Source of the DNA: Candidatus Latescibacterota bacterium
GTDB lineage: Bacteria; Latescibacterota; UBA2968; UBA8231
Reading direction: 5' to 3'
DNA length: 64,000 nucleotides
Assembly (NCBI GenBank): GCA_963422735.1
Contig: OY730476.1
Span: forward strand, 256,001 to 320,000
In this document: positions 1 through 9,868 of the stretch, one piece after another
Layout: the number at the start of each line of letters is the position of its first letter
How positions within the stretch are numbered: the stretch's first letter is position 1
Made by a program: the position numbers and the translations under genes
The notes under the pieces: model-generated
Database searches by the model: none
Seen by the model: the letters and a program-made list of their open reading frames with translations, nothing else
What the model was told of the DNA's origin: nothing

Positions 1-2
1 CG

Positions 3-569
3 CCCCCCCCAGATACGCTTGAAGTAGTCGAGGAAGGGGAAGAGTTAGAAGCGGATATGTTTATCGACACCATCGACGGGGTAGTAGTGGTGGTCGAGAG
101 CTTTGCGGACGCGAAGACGATCGCGCCGCAGGTGCGTTTTCATCGCTTGCAAACCCAAGTCCTCGGCAACGATGCTTGGTGGGATCCCGAAGCCATCCGC
201 CAGATGCGCCCGGGCGAGCGCAAGAATTTCGACGGAGTCATTTTCGTTTCCGCGCGGCAAGCCGAGTCCGCGGCTGCTCGGTCGTTTGTCAGCGCCTTTC
301 GCAAGCAATTCCGCCGCGACCCACACTACGCGGCGGCTGGCTACGACGCGACCCACTTGCTCATCGACGGATGGGGGCAAGGACACCGCGATCCAGCGGC
401 GCTGATCGAGTGGTTGGCCAAGGTCCGTTTCTACGAAGGAGCCTCGGGCGCGATCTCCCTGTCGCCGGACGTGCGCTCCAACAGTGCGCTGACCTTGCTC
501 AAAATCGAGCGCGACGAGATGCGCTCACTTGGCACGGGCGATCTCCCGAAAATGGGTGCCGTCGAGTAG
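3..569 (+). CDS. C-terminal part of an LppC/LpoA-like periplasmic-binding-fold protein (5'-truncated by the window)
   Basis: Frame is open from the window start; motifs F...FRKQFRRDP..YAAAGYDA..LL and YEGASGAISL are typical of type-1 periplasmic binding/LppC C-termini. Confidence 0.6.
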   Translation, partial: PPPDTLEVVEEGEELEADMFIDTIDGVVVVVESFADAKTIAPQVRFHRLQTQVLGNDAWWDPEAIRQMRPGERKNFDGVIFVSARQAESAAARSFVSAFRKQFRRDPHYAAAGYDATHLLIDGWGQGHRDPAALIEWLAKVRFYEGASGAISLSPDVRSNSALTLLKIERDEMRSLGTGDLPKMGAVE

Positions 570-590
570 GAAGCGTCGCGTTGCCAAGTA

Positions 591-619
591 TTGCGTTCCT
601 AGTTAACCGAATTTATATT
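591..619 (+). promoter_or_regulatory. Putative sigma70 promoter
   Basis: TTGCGT-17 bp-TATATT in an AT-rich intergenic stretch 40 bp upstream of the ATG at 660. Confidence 0.5.
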
Positions 620-659
620 ATTGATTTTGTATTTTTAGTTATAGTCAAGAGGCAAAGCT

Positions 660-947
660 ATGCCCACATACGAATACGAATGCCAGCAGTGCGGCCACCG
701 ATTTGAAGAGTTTCAAAGCATCACGGCCGCGCCGCGCCAGACCTGCCCGGAAACACATTGTAAAGGGCCGGTCAAGCGGCTCATCGGCATGGGCGGCGGC
801 CTGCTCTTCAAAGGAACGGGCTTTTACGCAACCGACTATCGCAGCGATGGATACCAGAAGGCAGCTAAGGCCGACAAAGACAGTGGCAGCGGCAAAACGG
901 CCGACAAAAAAAGCAGCGGCAAAGCGAATACCGCCAAAACAGATTGA
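660..947 (+). CDS. FmdB-family zinc-ribbon regulatory protein
   Basis: MPTYEYECQQCGHRFE...CPETHC...FKGTGFYATDY signature. Confidence 0.9.
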   Translation: MPTYEYECQQCGHRFEEFQSITAAPRQTCPETHCKGPVKRLIGMGGGLLFKGTGFYATDYRSDGYQKAAKADKDSGSGKTADKKSSGKANTAKTD

Positions 948-982
948 GGAACTTTCCCACGCGATGCGTGGTTAAAACACAG

Positions 983-1474
983 ATGTGGTCGAAGATACTA
1001 ATGGGAATTTTTAGCGTCGGTGTCTGGTGGGGAGGTTGCGGCCAGCAGAGTGCTGAAGAGCTGTTCGCAGCCGGCGAGGCCGCTGCGGCCGACCCCGCCA
1101 CGGCCGACCAAGCAGTCGCGCATTTTACGGCTTTTCTCGAGCGCTTTTCCCAAGCTTCCCAAGCCCCAGAGGCGCTGAGAAAGCTCGCCAGCTTGTCCCA
1201 GCAGCAGGGGAAGATGCAGGAGGCCATTGGTTATTACGAGCGCGTGTTGGCCGAATATCCCGACAGCGGGCACGGCGATGAAGCCCAATTTATGATCGCC
1301 TTTATATACGAGGAATACATCCGCGACCTAGAGGAAGCGCGGCGGGCCTATCGGCGCGTGATTGAGAACTACCCTGATTCCGAGCTCGCGATCAGTGCTC
1401 GGCACCTGTTGCCCAATGTTGGGCGTGCTCCCCAAGAATGGGTCCAATTTCAGGACAAGGTCGCCGTCCCTTAA
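983..1474 (+). CDS. TPR lipoprotein (BamD/CpoB-like)
   Basis: Lipobox-like GGC; TPR motifs A..YYERVLAEYPDS and YRRVIENYPDS. Confidence 0.75.
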   Translation: MWSKILMGIFSVGVWWGGCGQQSAEELFAAGEAAAADPATADQAVAHFTAFLERFSQASQAPEALRKLASLSQQQGKMQEAIGYYERVLAEYPDSGHGDEAQFMIAFIYEEYIRDLEEARRAYRRVIENYPDSELAISARHLLPNVGRAPQEWVQFQDKVAVP

Positions 1475-1516
1475 ATACATTAGAAGTTGCCATAGAGGTC
1501 TGAGGCAGCTTGGCCC

Positions 1517-1550
1517 AGCCGCTTGCGAATCCGCAGGGCGGCTTTTTATT
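1517..1550 (+). terminator. Intrinsic terminator
   Basis: AGCCGCTTGCG-AATC-CGCAGGGCGGCT followed by TTTTATT. Confidence 0.6.
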
Positions 1551-1584
1551 GGATAAAGCCCAGCGCATATCGAGAGCACAGCCG

Positions 1585-2583
1585 ATGACGCAAACAACAA
1601 TAGACATCCACGCCATTAGCGAGCAGGTCCAGCGCGAGAGCTTGGTGGTGGAGCGCATTTTGCAGGAGATGGACCGGGTCATCGTCGGCCAACGCGCCAT
1701 GGTGGAGCGAATCTTGATGGGGTTGTTGTGCAACGGCCACATCCTCCTTGAAGGGGTGCCCGGACTGGCCAAAACCCTGACGGTGGCGACGCTGGCGAGG
1801 ATCGTGGCCGCCCGTTTCAAGCGAATTCAGTTTACCCCTGATCTTTTGCCCGCCGATCTGACCGGTACCACCATCTACAACCAGCACCAAGGAATCTTCA
1901 TCCCTAAGAAAGGCCCGATCTTCGCCCATTTGATCTTGGCCGACGAGATCAACCGGGCACCAGCCAAAGTACAGAGCGCTCTCTTGGAGTGCATGCAAGA
2001 GCGACAGGTGACCATCGGCGAGGAAACCTATTCACTCGACGACCCGTTCTTGGTCATGGCCACCCAGAACCCAATTGATCAAGAGGGAACCTATCCACTG
2101 CCCGAGGCTCAAATCGATCGCTTCATGCTTAAAGTAAAAGTCGATTACCCATCGCGCACCGAGGAGCGGCTGATCTTGGACCGCATGGCCAACGACGGCT
2201 CGATCGAGGTGGAGCAAACCGTGAGCATCGACGAAATACGCCGCCTGCGCGAGGTGGTGGAGATCGTCTATATCGACGATAAGATCAAGGATTACGTTGT
2301 CGATCTCGTCCAAGCCACCCGGCGACCAGCCGACTACGGCTTGGCCGACATGGCGCCGCTGGTCGAGTACGGGGCCTCGCCGCGGGCCGCTATTTTTCTC
2401 GTCCGCACGGCGCGCGCCCACGCCTTCATTCAGCGGCGCGGCTACGTCACCCCGGAAGATGTTAAGGCCGTGGGGGCCGATGTACTCAGGCATCGGATCA
2501 TCGCCTCGTACGAGGCCGAAGCCGAGGAAATCGACAGCGATCGCATCGTGCAGCAACTCTTCGACCATATCGAAGTTCCCTAA
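1585..2583 (+). CDS. moxR: MoxR-family AAA+ ATPase
   Basis: LEGVPGLAKT, RIQFTPDLLPAD, LADEINRA, ATQNPIDQEGTYPLPEAQIDRF and GASPRA motifs. Confidence 0.95.
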   Translation: MTQTTIDIHAISEQVQRESLVVERILQEMDRVIVGQRAMVERILMGLLCNGHILLEGVPGLAKTLTVATLARIVAARFKRIQFTPDLLPADLTGTTIYNQHQGIFIPKKGPIFAHLILADEINRAPAKVQSALLECMQERQVTIGEETYSLDDPFLVMATQNPIDQEGTYPLPEAQIDRFMLKVKVDYPSRTEERLILDRMANDGSIEVEQTVSIDEIRRLREVVEIVYIDDKIKDYVVDLVQATRRPADYGLADMAPLVEYGASPRAAIFLVRTARAHAFIQRRGYVTPEDVKAVGADVLRHRIIASYEAEAEEIDSDRIVQQLFDHIEVP

Positions 2584-2597
2584 AGTCGAGTTGAGCC

Positions 2598-3473
2598 GTG
2601 ATTCCCAAAGAGATACTCGACAAAGTTCGCCTGATCGAAATCCACACCCGCAGTATGGTGAACAATCTCTTCGCGGGCGAATACCACTCGGCGTTCAAAG
2701 GACGGGGGATGGAGTTTGCCGAAGCGCGCGAATATCAGCCCGGCGACGATGTGCGTCACATCGACTGGAATGTGACGGCGCGGGTGGGCGCGCCCTTCAT
2801 CAAAATATTCGACGAAGAGCGCGAACTGACCGCCGTGCTGGTGGTAGATGCTAGCGCGTCCGGGGCCTTTGGCTCACAGCAGCAAATGAAGGGAGAAGTT
2901 GCGGTCGAGGTCTCGGCGCTGTTGGCCTTTAGCGCGATCAAGAACAACGACCGCGTGGGCCTGCTCATCTTCACCGACGAGGTCGAGGTCTTTGTGCCGC
3001 CAAAAAAGGGGCGCAAGCACGTGTTGCGCGTACTGCGCGAGCTGCTGTACTTTCAGCCGCAGGGGCGCAAGACCTCCATCGCCGGGGCCTTGGAATACCT
3101 CAGCCGCGTCCTGCACCGCCGCAGCGTGATCTTTGTCATCTCCGACTTTCTCGACCAAGGCTACGAGCCGGCGCTGCGGCACTTGAGCCAGCGCCACGAC
3201 TTGATCGCCGTGGTGGTGAGCGACCCGCGCGAGTGGGAACTACCCGATGTTGGTTTTATCAATTTGCAAGACGCCGAGACCGGCCAACAGGTGCTCGTCG
3301 ATAGCGGCCACGAGGGCGTGCGCGCGTTTTTCGCCGCCGAACAACAGGCCGCGGCCGAGCGCCGCAGCACTTTATTGCACAAAGCGGGCGTTGACGAAAT
3401 CGCGATTGATCTGTCGCGCCCTTATGTCGAACCCCTCATTCACTTTTTTCGTACGCGGATGCAGCGACACTAA
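2598..3473 (+). CDS. DUF58 vWA-like protein
   Basis: GEYHSAFKGRGMEFAEAREYQPGDDVRHIDWNVTAR; directly downstream of moxR. Confidence 0.92.
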   Translation: MIPKEILDKVRLIEIHTRSMVNNLFAGEYHSAFKGRGMEFAEAREYQPGDDVRHIDWNVTARVGAPFIKIFDEERELTAVLVVDASASGAFGSQQQMKGEVAVEVSALLAFSAIKNNDRVGLLIFTDEVEVFVPPKKGRKHVLRVLRELLYFQPQGRKTSIAGALEYLSRVLHRRSVIFVISDFLDQGYEPALRHLSQRHDLIAVVVSDPREWELPDVGFINLQDAETGQQVLVDSGHEGVRAFFAAEQQAAAERRSTLLHKAGVDEIAIDLSRPYVEPLIHFFRTRMQRH

Positions 3474-3485
3474 GGAGGAAGTACA

Positions 3486-4418
3486 GTGATTGAAGTACGC
3501 GAACTGTCCAAATACTACGGAGATGTCGTCGCCGTGGAAAATGTGTCCTTCAGCGTTGACAAGGGCGTCATCCTCGGTTTCCTCGGGCCAAATGGCGCGG
3601 GCAAGACCACGACGATGCGCATGCTTACCTGTTATTTGCCGCCTTCGCAGGGAGAAGCCAAAGTCGCTGGTTTCGACATTATCGAAGAGTCCATAGAGGT
3701 GCGCAAGCGCATCGGCTACCTGCCCGAGCAGCCGCCGCTCTACCACGATATGACGGTAAACGCCTATCTGCGCTTCGTGGCCAAAATCAAGGGCGTGCCT
3801 AGTGCGGCTCTCAACAGTCGGCTTGACGACACCATGGAAAAAACCGGCATTGCCCACCACCGCCACACGGTGATCGGCCACCTGTCCAAGGGCTACCGGC
3901 AGCGCGTCGGCTTGGCCCAAGCCCTCGTCCACGAACCGGAGGTGCTCATTCTCGACGAGCCGACTGTGGGCCTTGACCCCAAGCAGATCATCGAGATTCG
4001 CGAGGTCATCAAGGGGCTGGGGGGCGACCATACGGTCATTCTCAGCACCCATATCCTGCCAGAGGTGAGCATGACTTGCGGGCAACTGGCGATCATCAAC
4101 AACGGCCGCATCGCCGGCCAAGGCACGCCCGAAAGCCTCATGGCCCAGCTCAAGGAAGGCGAGGTGCTGAGTGCCCACATAGACGGCCCCAGCGAGCAGG
4201 TGCTGGGCATGATCGGCCAGCTAGCGGGCGTGCTGGAGGTGGAAACCAGTGGCGAGGAGGGCGCGTACGTGGTGACGAGCGCACCCGGAGCCGACGTGCG
4301 CGACGACCTGACCCGCAAGGTCGTGGAAAGCGGCTTCAGCCTCCGCGAATTGCGGCCGCTGGACATGACCCTCGAAGACATTTTCCTGAGCCTGACTAGT
4401 GAGGAGGTAGCAGCTTAA
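3486..4418 (+). CDS. ABC transporter ATP-binding protein (GldA-like)
   Basis: GPNGAGKTT, LSKGYRQRVGLAQA, ILDEPTVGLDP and STHIL motifs. Confidence 0.93.
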   Translation: MIEVRELSKYYGDVVAVENVSFSVDKGVILGFLGPNGAGKTTTMRMLTCYLPPSQGEAKVAGFDIIEESIEVRKRIGYLPEQPPLYHDMTVNAYLRFVAKIKGVPSAALNSRLDDTMEKTGIAHHRHTVIGHLSKGYRQRVGLAQALVHEPEVLILDEPTVGLDPKQIIEIREVIKGLGGDHTVILSTHILPEVSMTCGQLAIINNGRIAGQGTPESLMAQLKEGEVLSAHIDGPSEQVLGMIGQLAGVLEVETSGEEGAYVVTSAPGADVRDDLTRKVVESGFSLRELRPLDMTLEDIFLSLTSEEVAA

Positions 4419-4419
4419 A

Positions 4420-5202
4420 ATGCGTAATTTTGCCGCTGTGTACACCAAAGAGATGCGCTCCTATTTTGTTTCGCCGGTCGCCTATGTGATCGCTGGCGTC
4501 TTCCTGTTTCTCTCGGGCTATCTGTTTCGCAACATCCTGATGCAGTTCAACCTCTGGTGCTTGCAGTTTGGCCAGCGGGCGGAGATGGGCATGGGGGGGA
4601 TGCCGGCGCTCAATCTCAACGAGATGGTCGTCACCCAATTCTTTGCGGTCATGGACTTCATCTGGCTCTTGGTCATCCCGATGCTGACCATGCGGCTGTT
4701 TGCCGAGGAGAAAAAGTCGGGCACCATCGAATTGCTGATGACCTCGCCGCTGCGCACCATCGAAGTGATGTTGGGCAAGTTCTTGGCCTGCTTTTCGCTC
4801 TACGGCATCATCGTCAGCCTGACGCTGATCTACTTTGCCATCCTCGAAGTGTACGGCTCGCCCGACTGGGGCCCGATTTTTTCCGGCTATCTCGGCTATT
4901 TGTTCCTCGGCGCGACCTTTATCTCCGTGGGCATCCTAGCCTCGGCGCTGACCGAAAATCAGATCGTCGCCGTGCTTTTGACCTTTGGCATGTTGCTCCT
5001 TTTTTGGCTCATCGACTGGTCGGCTAGCTTTGCCGGCCCGACGGCCGCCAAAATTTTGCAGTACCTCTCCTTTATAGATCACCTCGAAGATTTCCAGCGC
5101 GGGGTCATCGACACCAAGGATGTGGTGTTCTACCTGAGCTTTACCTTTTTCTGCTTGTTTTTGACCACGCGCGTCATTGAATCGCGGAGATGGAGGCGCT
5201 GA
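4420..5202 (+). CDS. ABC-2 permease (GldF-like)
   Basis: KEMRSYFVSPVAY, TMRLFAEEKKSGTIELLMTSP and GKF motifs; about six TM segments. Confidence 0.9.
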   Translation: MRNFAAVYTKEMRSYFVSPVAYVIAGVFLFLSGYLFRNILMQFNLWCLQFGQRAEMGMGGMPALNLNEMVVTQFFAVMDFIWLLVIPMLTMRLFAEEKKSGTIELLMTSPLRTIEVMLGKFLACFSLYGIIVSLTLIYFAILEVYGSPDWGPIFSGYLGYLFLGATFISVGILASALTENQIVAVLLTFGMLLLFWLIDWSASFAGPTAAKILQYLSFIDHLEDFQRGVIDTKDVVFYLSFTFFCLFLTTRVIESRRWRR

Positions 5203-5204
5203 GC

Positions 5205-8200
5205 ATGAAGGCATATACCACGCCCTTGGGGCTGGTCGGCGCGGTGCTGATGGTCGCGGGTGGCTCGGCCTATCTGCTCAATGCCGAGAGTGGCTCGGCT
5301 GGGCTTTTCAACTTGGCACTCGGCGCCCTGATGGTGGCCGCGGCCGGGCTTCTCAACCCAGCGCTTTTCCGCCAGTACGGCCGCTGGCTCAACGCCTTTT
5401 GGGGCAGCATCATGGTTTTCGGCATTGTGGCGATGGTCAATTTTTTGGGCAATAACTATCCCGAGCGATTCGACCTGACCGAGGGCCGGCTGCACAGCCT
5501 CGCCGACCTGACGGTGGAGACGCTCAAGGCGCTAGACCAGGATGTCCAGGCCCTCGCCTTTATGGAGGGGGGCGAAAACGCCGAGCTCGAACTGCTGTTG
5601 GCCGAGTTGGAGACGTACAATACCCGCTTCAGCTACGAATTCATCGACCCGGACCGCGATCCGCGCCGCACCGAGGACTACGGCGTCCGCCGCTACGACA
5701 CGCTGGTGTTGGAAAGCGGCGACAAACAACAGCAAATTACCGAACTCAAAGAGCGCGAGATCGTCAACTCGCTGCTCAAGCTGACGCGGGAGCGCCAAGA
5801 CCGGATCTACTTGACGGTGGGGCACGGCGAGCGCCGGCTCGCCAACCAACCCGATGGGCTAGAGCAGCTACGGGCCCAATTGGGAGAGATCGACTACGCG
5901 GTCGAAGATTCGCTCTTCCTCGCCCGCGAGGGGGCGGTGCCCGAAAATTGCGCCGTGCTGGTCATAGCTGGCCCGCGCACTCCCTTCTTCCCGGTGGAGG
6001 TCGAGGCCATACGCTCCTACCTAGCAGCAGGCGGTGCCCTGCTGTTGCTCTTGGATCCGCTCGCCGATAGCGGCTTAGAAAAGCTGTTGGGCGAGTGGGG
6101 CGTGGCGGTCGGCGACGACTTCGTCATCGACACCAGCGGCGTCGGCTCGCTCTTTGGCCTCGACTTTACCACGCCGGTCGCTCTCTCCTACGGCGACCAT
6201 CCAGTCACGCGCAAGCACCAGGGCATAATGACCTTCTTCCAACTCGGGCGCTCGGTGCGCTTTGACGAGGGCAGTGGCCGCGAAGGGGCCATCCTAGTCC
6301 AGACATCGGAGTCCGGTTGGGCCGAGACCGACTTGAGTGTGCTCACCAGCGAGAGCAATCAGACGGTCAAGCTCGACGAGGGCGTCGATCAGCCCGGGCC
6401 GGTGTCCTTGGCCATAGCTGCCCGAGACACCGAGGCCGGGGGTCGCTTGGTGGTCTTTGGGGATTCGGACTTTGCCACCAACCAGTACTTCGGCGTCCAG
6501 GGCAACGGCGACTTGGTGCTCAACGCCCTAAGCTGGCTGGCCGAAGACGAGGCTCTGATCTCGATCCGTCCCCGCGAGCCGGGCCACAATCCCATCGCCC
6601 TGACCGAAAGCGACAGCGAGTGGATTTTCTGGCTTAGCGTGGTGCTCTACCCAGGGCTGATCGCCTTGGTCGGCATTGTGGTCGTCTCGCGCAAAGGGCG
6701 CTGGAGCTTGGCCGACTTGAGCGCGGCCGGGTTGGGCATTGTGATTTCGCTCGGCATTGCCGCGCTGATCAACTTCCTCGGCGACCGCTACCACCTCCGC
6801 AAGGACATGACGACCGACGCGCTTTTTACGCTCTCGGCCGACACCCACAGGCTCCTTGCCCCGCTCGAAGACAACGGCCAGTACGTCAGCGTCAAAACCT
6901 TCATGGGCGAGATGGAGAACATGCGCTTTGAAGACCTTTTAAGGGAATATAGCTATGTGTCGTCCAACTTCGACTACGAGCTGCTCGATCCGCAGAAAAA
7001 CCGGCTGCGCGTCGAGCAGAACAGCATCCGCGAGCGCGGGACTTCGATTATTGAAGTGATCGACGAAGGGCAGGTGAGTACCGAGCGCATCACCGCCCAG
7101 AGTGAAGAGGCGTTGAGCAATGCCATTCTCAAGGCACTCAAAGGCCGCGAGCTAAGGGCTTATTTCACCAGTGGCCACGGCGAGGCCGAGCTGGACCAAG
7201 TCGATGAGCAGGGCTATTCCACCCTCAAAGGCCGTCTCAAGGAGCTAAATTTCGCGGTCGAGGGGGGGCTGACGCTCGCCGAGCCGGTGCCCGACGACGC
7301 CACATTAGTGGTGGTTTTGGGGCCGCAGGAGCGTTTTGTCGCGGCTGAGGCCGAAGTGCTGCGGCAGTACTTGGCTCGCGGGGGCAGTGCGCTGTTGTTG
7401 CTCGATCCGGGCCAGCCGACCGGGCTTGAAGCGCTGTTGAACGAGTACTCAGTCGAGCTGGGGCAGGACTTCGTCGTCGATCTGAGCGGCTTGGGCCAGC
7501 TCTTTGGCGCAGATGCCTCAGTGCCGGTGGTCATCAACTACGGCGATCACCCGATCACCCAAAAGCTATCCGCCGGCACGATGAGCTTCTTCCCGCTGGC
7601 GCGTTCGGTGCAGCTTGCCGAACACCGGCTCAAGGAGCCGGACATCGCCGCGTTGGCGTACACCCACAAAAGCAGTTGGGGCGAAATGGACCTCGCGCCG
7701 ATAGTAGGCGAGGGCGGCGAGGTGGAGTTCGACCCAGAAGTGGATATGCGCGGCCCGGTGCCGCTGGGCGTGGCGGTCTCCGCAGATGCGGATACCAGTT
7801 TGGCGCCCGAGGGACGGACGCGCTTGGTGGTGATTGGCGACGCAGATTTTGCCTCCAATCAGTACTTTGCCCAGCAGGCCAATGGCGAGCTATTTATCGG
7901 CAGCGTCAGTTGGCTGACCGAGGATGAAGACCGCCTGACCATCGCCGATAAGCAACCCGCCTTTAATCCCATCAATCTGATCGGCAATCAGGGTGCGGTC
8001 ATTTTGTGGATCTCGGTGTTCATCGTGCCCTTTGCGGTCGCTTTGTCGGGCATGGTCATGGTGCTCAGGCGCGGCTATCAGACCTATGCCGACGGCTTTG
8101 TGTCGTGGCTGGTGTACATCTTTTGGGGCAATGCTACGTTCTTTTTCATCAGCGGCATCATTGCCATCAGCGAGGGGGCGGTCTTTGAAGGCGAGGTCAA

Positions 8201-8456
8201 ATTGATCGCGGCCTTGGCCTCGGCGGCCATTGGCTACGGCCTCTATCGGCACGCGGCGTGGGCTTGGCAGTCCGGCTTGGTGTTTTCGGTGTTGTGCGCT
8301 GGCGTGGTCGCACTAACGATTTTCACCGGCGCCAGCCTTGGTTTCTCGCTGATTCCCAACGAGACGGTCCAACTGCTCTACGCCGCGGTATTCGTGGTCA
8401 ACGCGGCCATTCTCGTGTGGATTAAAAAGGTCTTTGTACAAGAGGAGCTAGCATGA
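5205..8456 (+). CDS. GldG-family ABC auxiliary protein with two tandem GldG modules plus extra C-terminal TM segments
   Basis: Module motifs occur twice: RFDLT/RKDMT, GHGE, DFVIDTSG/DFVVDLSG, GRLVVFGDSDF/TRLVVIGDADF, N.L.LNALSWL/NGELFIGSVSWL. Confidence 0.85.
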   Translation: MKAYTTPLGLVGAVLMVAGGSAYLLNAESGSAGLFNLALGALMVAAAGLLNPALFRQYGRWLNAFWGSIMVFGIVAMVNFLGNNYPERFDLTEGRLHSLADLTVETLKALDQDVQALAFMEGGENAELELLLAELETYNTRFSYEFIDPDRDPRRTEDYGVRRYDTLVLESGDKQQQITELKEREIVNSLLKLTRERQDRIYLTVGHGERRLANQPDGLEQLRAQLGEIDYAVEDSLFLAREGAVPENCAVLVIAGPRTPFFPVEVEAIRSYLAAGGALLLLLDPLADSGLEKLLGEWGVAVGDDFVIDTSGVGSLFGLDFTTPVALSYGDHPVTRKHQGIMTFFQLGRSVRFDEGSGREGAILVQTSESGWAETDLSVLTSESNQTVKLDEGVDQPGPVSLAIAARDTEAGGRLVVFGDSDFATNQYFGVQGNGDLVLNALSWLAEDEALISIRPREPGHNPIALTESDSEWIFWLSVVLYPGLIALVGIVVVSRKGRWSLADLSAAGLGIVISLGIAALINFLGDRYHLRKDMTTDALFTLSADTHRLLAPLEDNGQYVSVKTFMGEMENMRFEDLLREYSYVSSNFDYELLDPQKNRLRVEQNSIRERGTSIIEVIDEGQVSTERITAQSEEALSNAILKALKGRELRAYFTSGHGEAELDQVDEQGYSTLKGRLKELNFAVEGGLTLAEPVPDDATLVVVLGPQERFVAAEAEVLRQYLARGGSALLLLDPGQPTGLEALLNEYSVELGQDFVVDLSGLGQLFGADASVPVVINYGDHPITQKLSAGTMSFFPLARSVQLAEHRLKEPDIAALAYTHKSSWGEMDLAPIVGEGGEVEFDPEVDMRGPVPLGVAVSADADTSLAPEGRTRLVVIGDADFASNQYFAQQANGELFIGSVSWLTEDEDRLTIADKQPAFNPINLIGNQGAVILWISVFIVPFAVALSGMVMVLRRGYQTYADGFVSWLVYIFWGNATFFFISGIIAISEGAVFEGEVKLIAALASAAIGYGLYRHAAWAWQSGLVFSVLCAGVVALTIFTGASLGFSLIPNETVQLLYAAVFVVNAAILVWIKKVFVQEELA

Positions 8457-9868
8457 AATTCAAGACCAATGCAGTGATCGGCCTAATTTTCCTCGCGCTG
8501 TTGGCCTTTGTCTATTTCTACGAGATCAAGGGGGGCGAGGAGCGCCGCCAAGAAGCCGAAAAATCCAAGCAGCTATTCGCCTTCCAAGACGGCGAAGCAC
8601 AGCGGCTTGAGCTGTTGCGCGGCAGCGATGCCTTGGTATTGGACAAGGGGGCGAGCGGCTGGAACCTAAGCGCACCCATGACCGACGGCGCAGACCAAGA
8701 AGCCGTAGAACGCTACTTGCGCAATTTGCGCGAGAGCGAGCGGGAGAAGGTGATCGTCGATAGCGCGGCTGCGACCGCAGAGGAAGCCGCCCAATACGGG
8801 CTTGATGCGCCGCGGCTCAGAGTGCGGCTGCAAACCGAGGACGGCACCGAGCGGGTGGTGGCTTTCGGGTCGGACAGCCCAACCGACAGCTTCACCTATG
8901 CCCAGCTACAAGGCGACAATCCCGAGATCTTTGCGGTGCGCGCTTGGCGTTTCGACAATTTCGACAAGCGCGCCTTTGATCTGCGCGATCGCCGGGTGCT
9001 CGCCTTTGCCAAAGACGAGGTGGTACAGGTGCAACGGTGGGGCGCAGGTGGCGCGGCCGTGCTGGCGCGGGCCGAACCCGGCTGGCAATTGCGCGAGCCG
9101 GTAGCCGCCCGGGCCGCCGCCGACGCGGTCGATGGCCTGCTCGACAAAATCGACCAAGCCGAGATCGAGGCTTTTGTCGCCGAAGATCCAGATGCCGACG
9201 CCTTGGCCGCCTATGGCTTGGGGGAGAGCGCACCACAGGTAGAGATCGCCTTGCTCGTCGGCGAAGACCGGGCCGAGAAGCGCTTGGCCATTGGCGGCGC
9301 GGACGAACAGGGCCGTTGGTACGCACGCGACGCCAGCCGGCCACAAGTTTTCTTGGTCGATTCGACGCTGGTACAAGAGCTTACCAAAGGCATCTCCGAC
9401 CTGCGCGACAAAAAGCCCTTGCGCTTTGAGCGCGAGCAGGTCGAGCGCATCGTCCTGACTCGCGGGGCTGCGACCGCGTTTGCGGCCGACAAGGACACGA
9501 GCGGTGCGTGGAATCTATCCGAGCCTGTGGGGCGCGACGCCAAATCGTGGAAGCTCAATAGCCTCCTGAGCGACTTGGAGCAACTCGAAGTCGAGGATTT
9601 TGCCGACGAGCTGCCCGCCGAGGCCGAGGCCGCTTTCAGCCTCCAGCTTCTCAGCGCAGGGCAACCTTTGCTGACAGCGCGCTTCAGCGAAGCCGCCGGG
9701 ACCTCGTACCTGCAACAGGACGAGGACGACGCAGTGTACGTGGTCAGTAGCGACGACTTCGCCGAGTTGGACTTGGGCCTAGACGACGTGGCGCAAGCTC
9801 CCAAAAAGCCGGCTGCACCCGCCGCTGGCAGCGAAGACCCCAACGACGGCGGCGCTGACAGTCCGTAA
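8453..9868 (+). CDS. DUF4340-domain protein
   Basis: N-terminal TM; repeated YGL..P and DLRD(R/K) motifs; usual partner of GldG-type ABC systems. Confidence 0.85.
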   Translation: MKFKTNAVIGLIFLALLAFVYFYEIKGGEERRQEAEKSKQLFAFQDGEAQRLELLRGSDALVLDKGASGWNLSAPMTDGADQEAVERYLRNLRESEREKVIVDSAAATAEEAAQYGLDAPRLRVRLQTEDGTERVVAFGSDSPTDSFTYAQLQGDNPEIFAVRAWRFDNFDKRAFDLRDRRVLAFAKDEVVQVQRWGAGGAAVLARAEPGWQLREPVAARAAADAVDGLLDKIDQAEIEAFVAEDPDADALAAYGLGESAPQVEIALLVGEDRAEKRLAIGGADEQGRWYARDASRPQVFLVDSTLVQELTKGISDLRDKKPLRFEREQVERIVLTRGAATAFAADKDTSGAWNLSEPVGRDAKSWKLNSLLSDLEQLEVEDFADELPAEAEAAFSLQLLSAGQPLLTARFSEAAGTSYLQQDEDDAVYVVSSDDFAELDLGLDDVAQAPKKPAAPAAGSEDPNDGGADSP

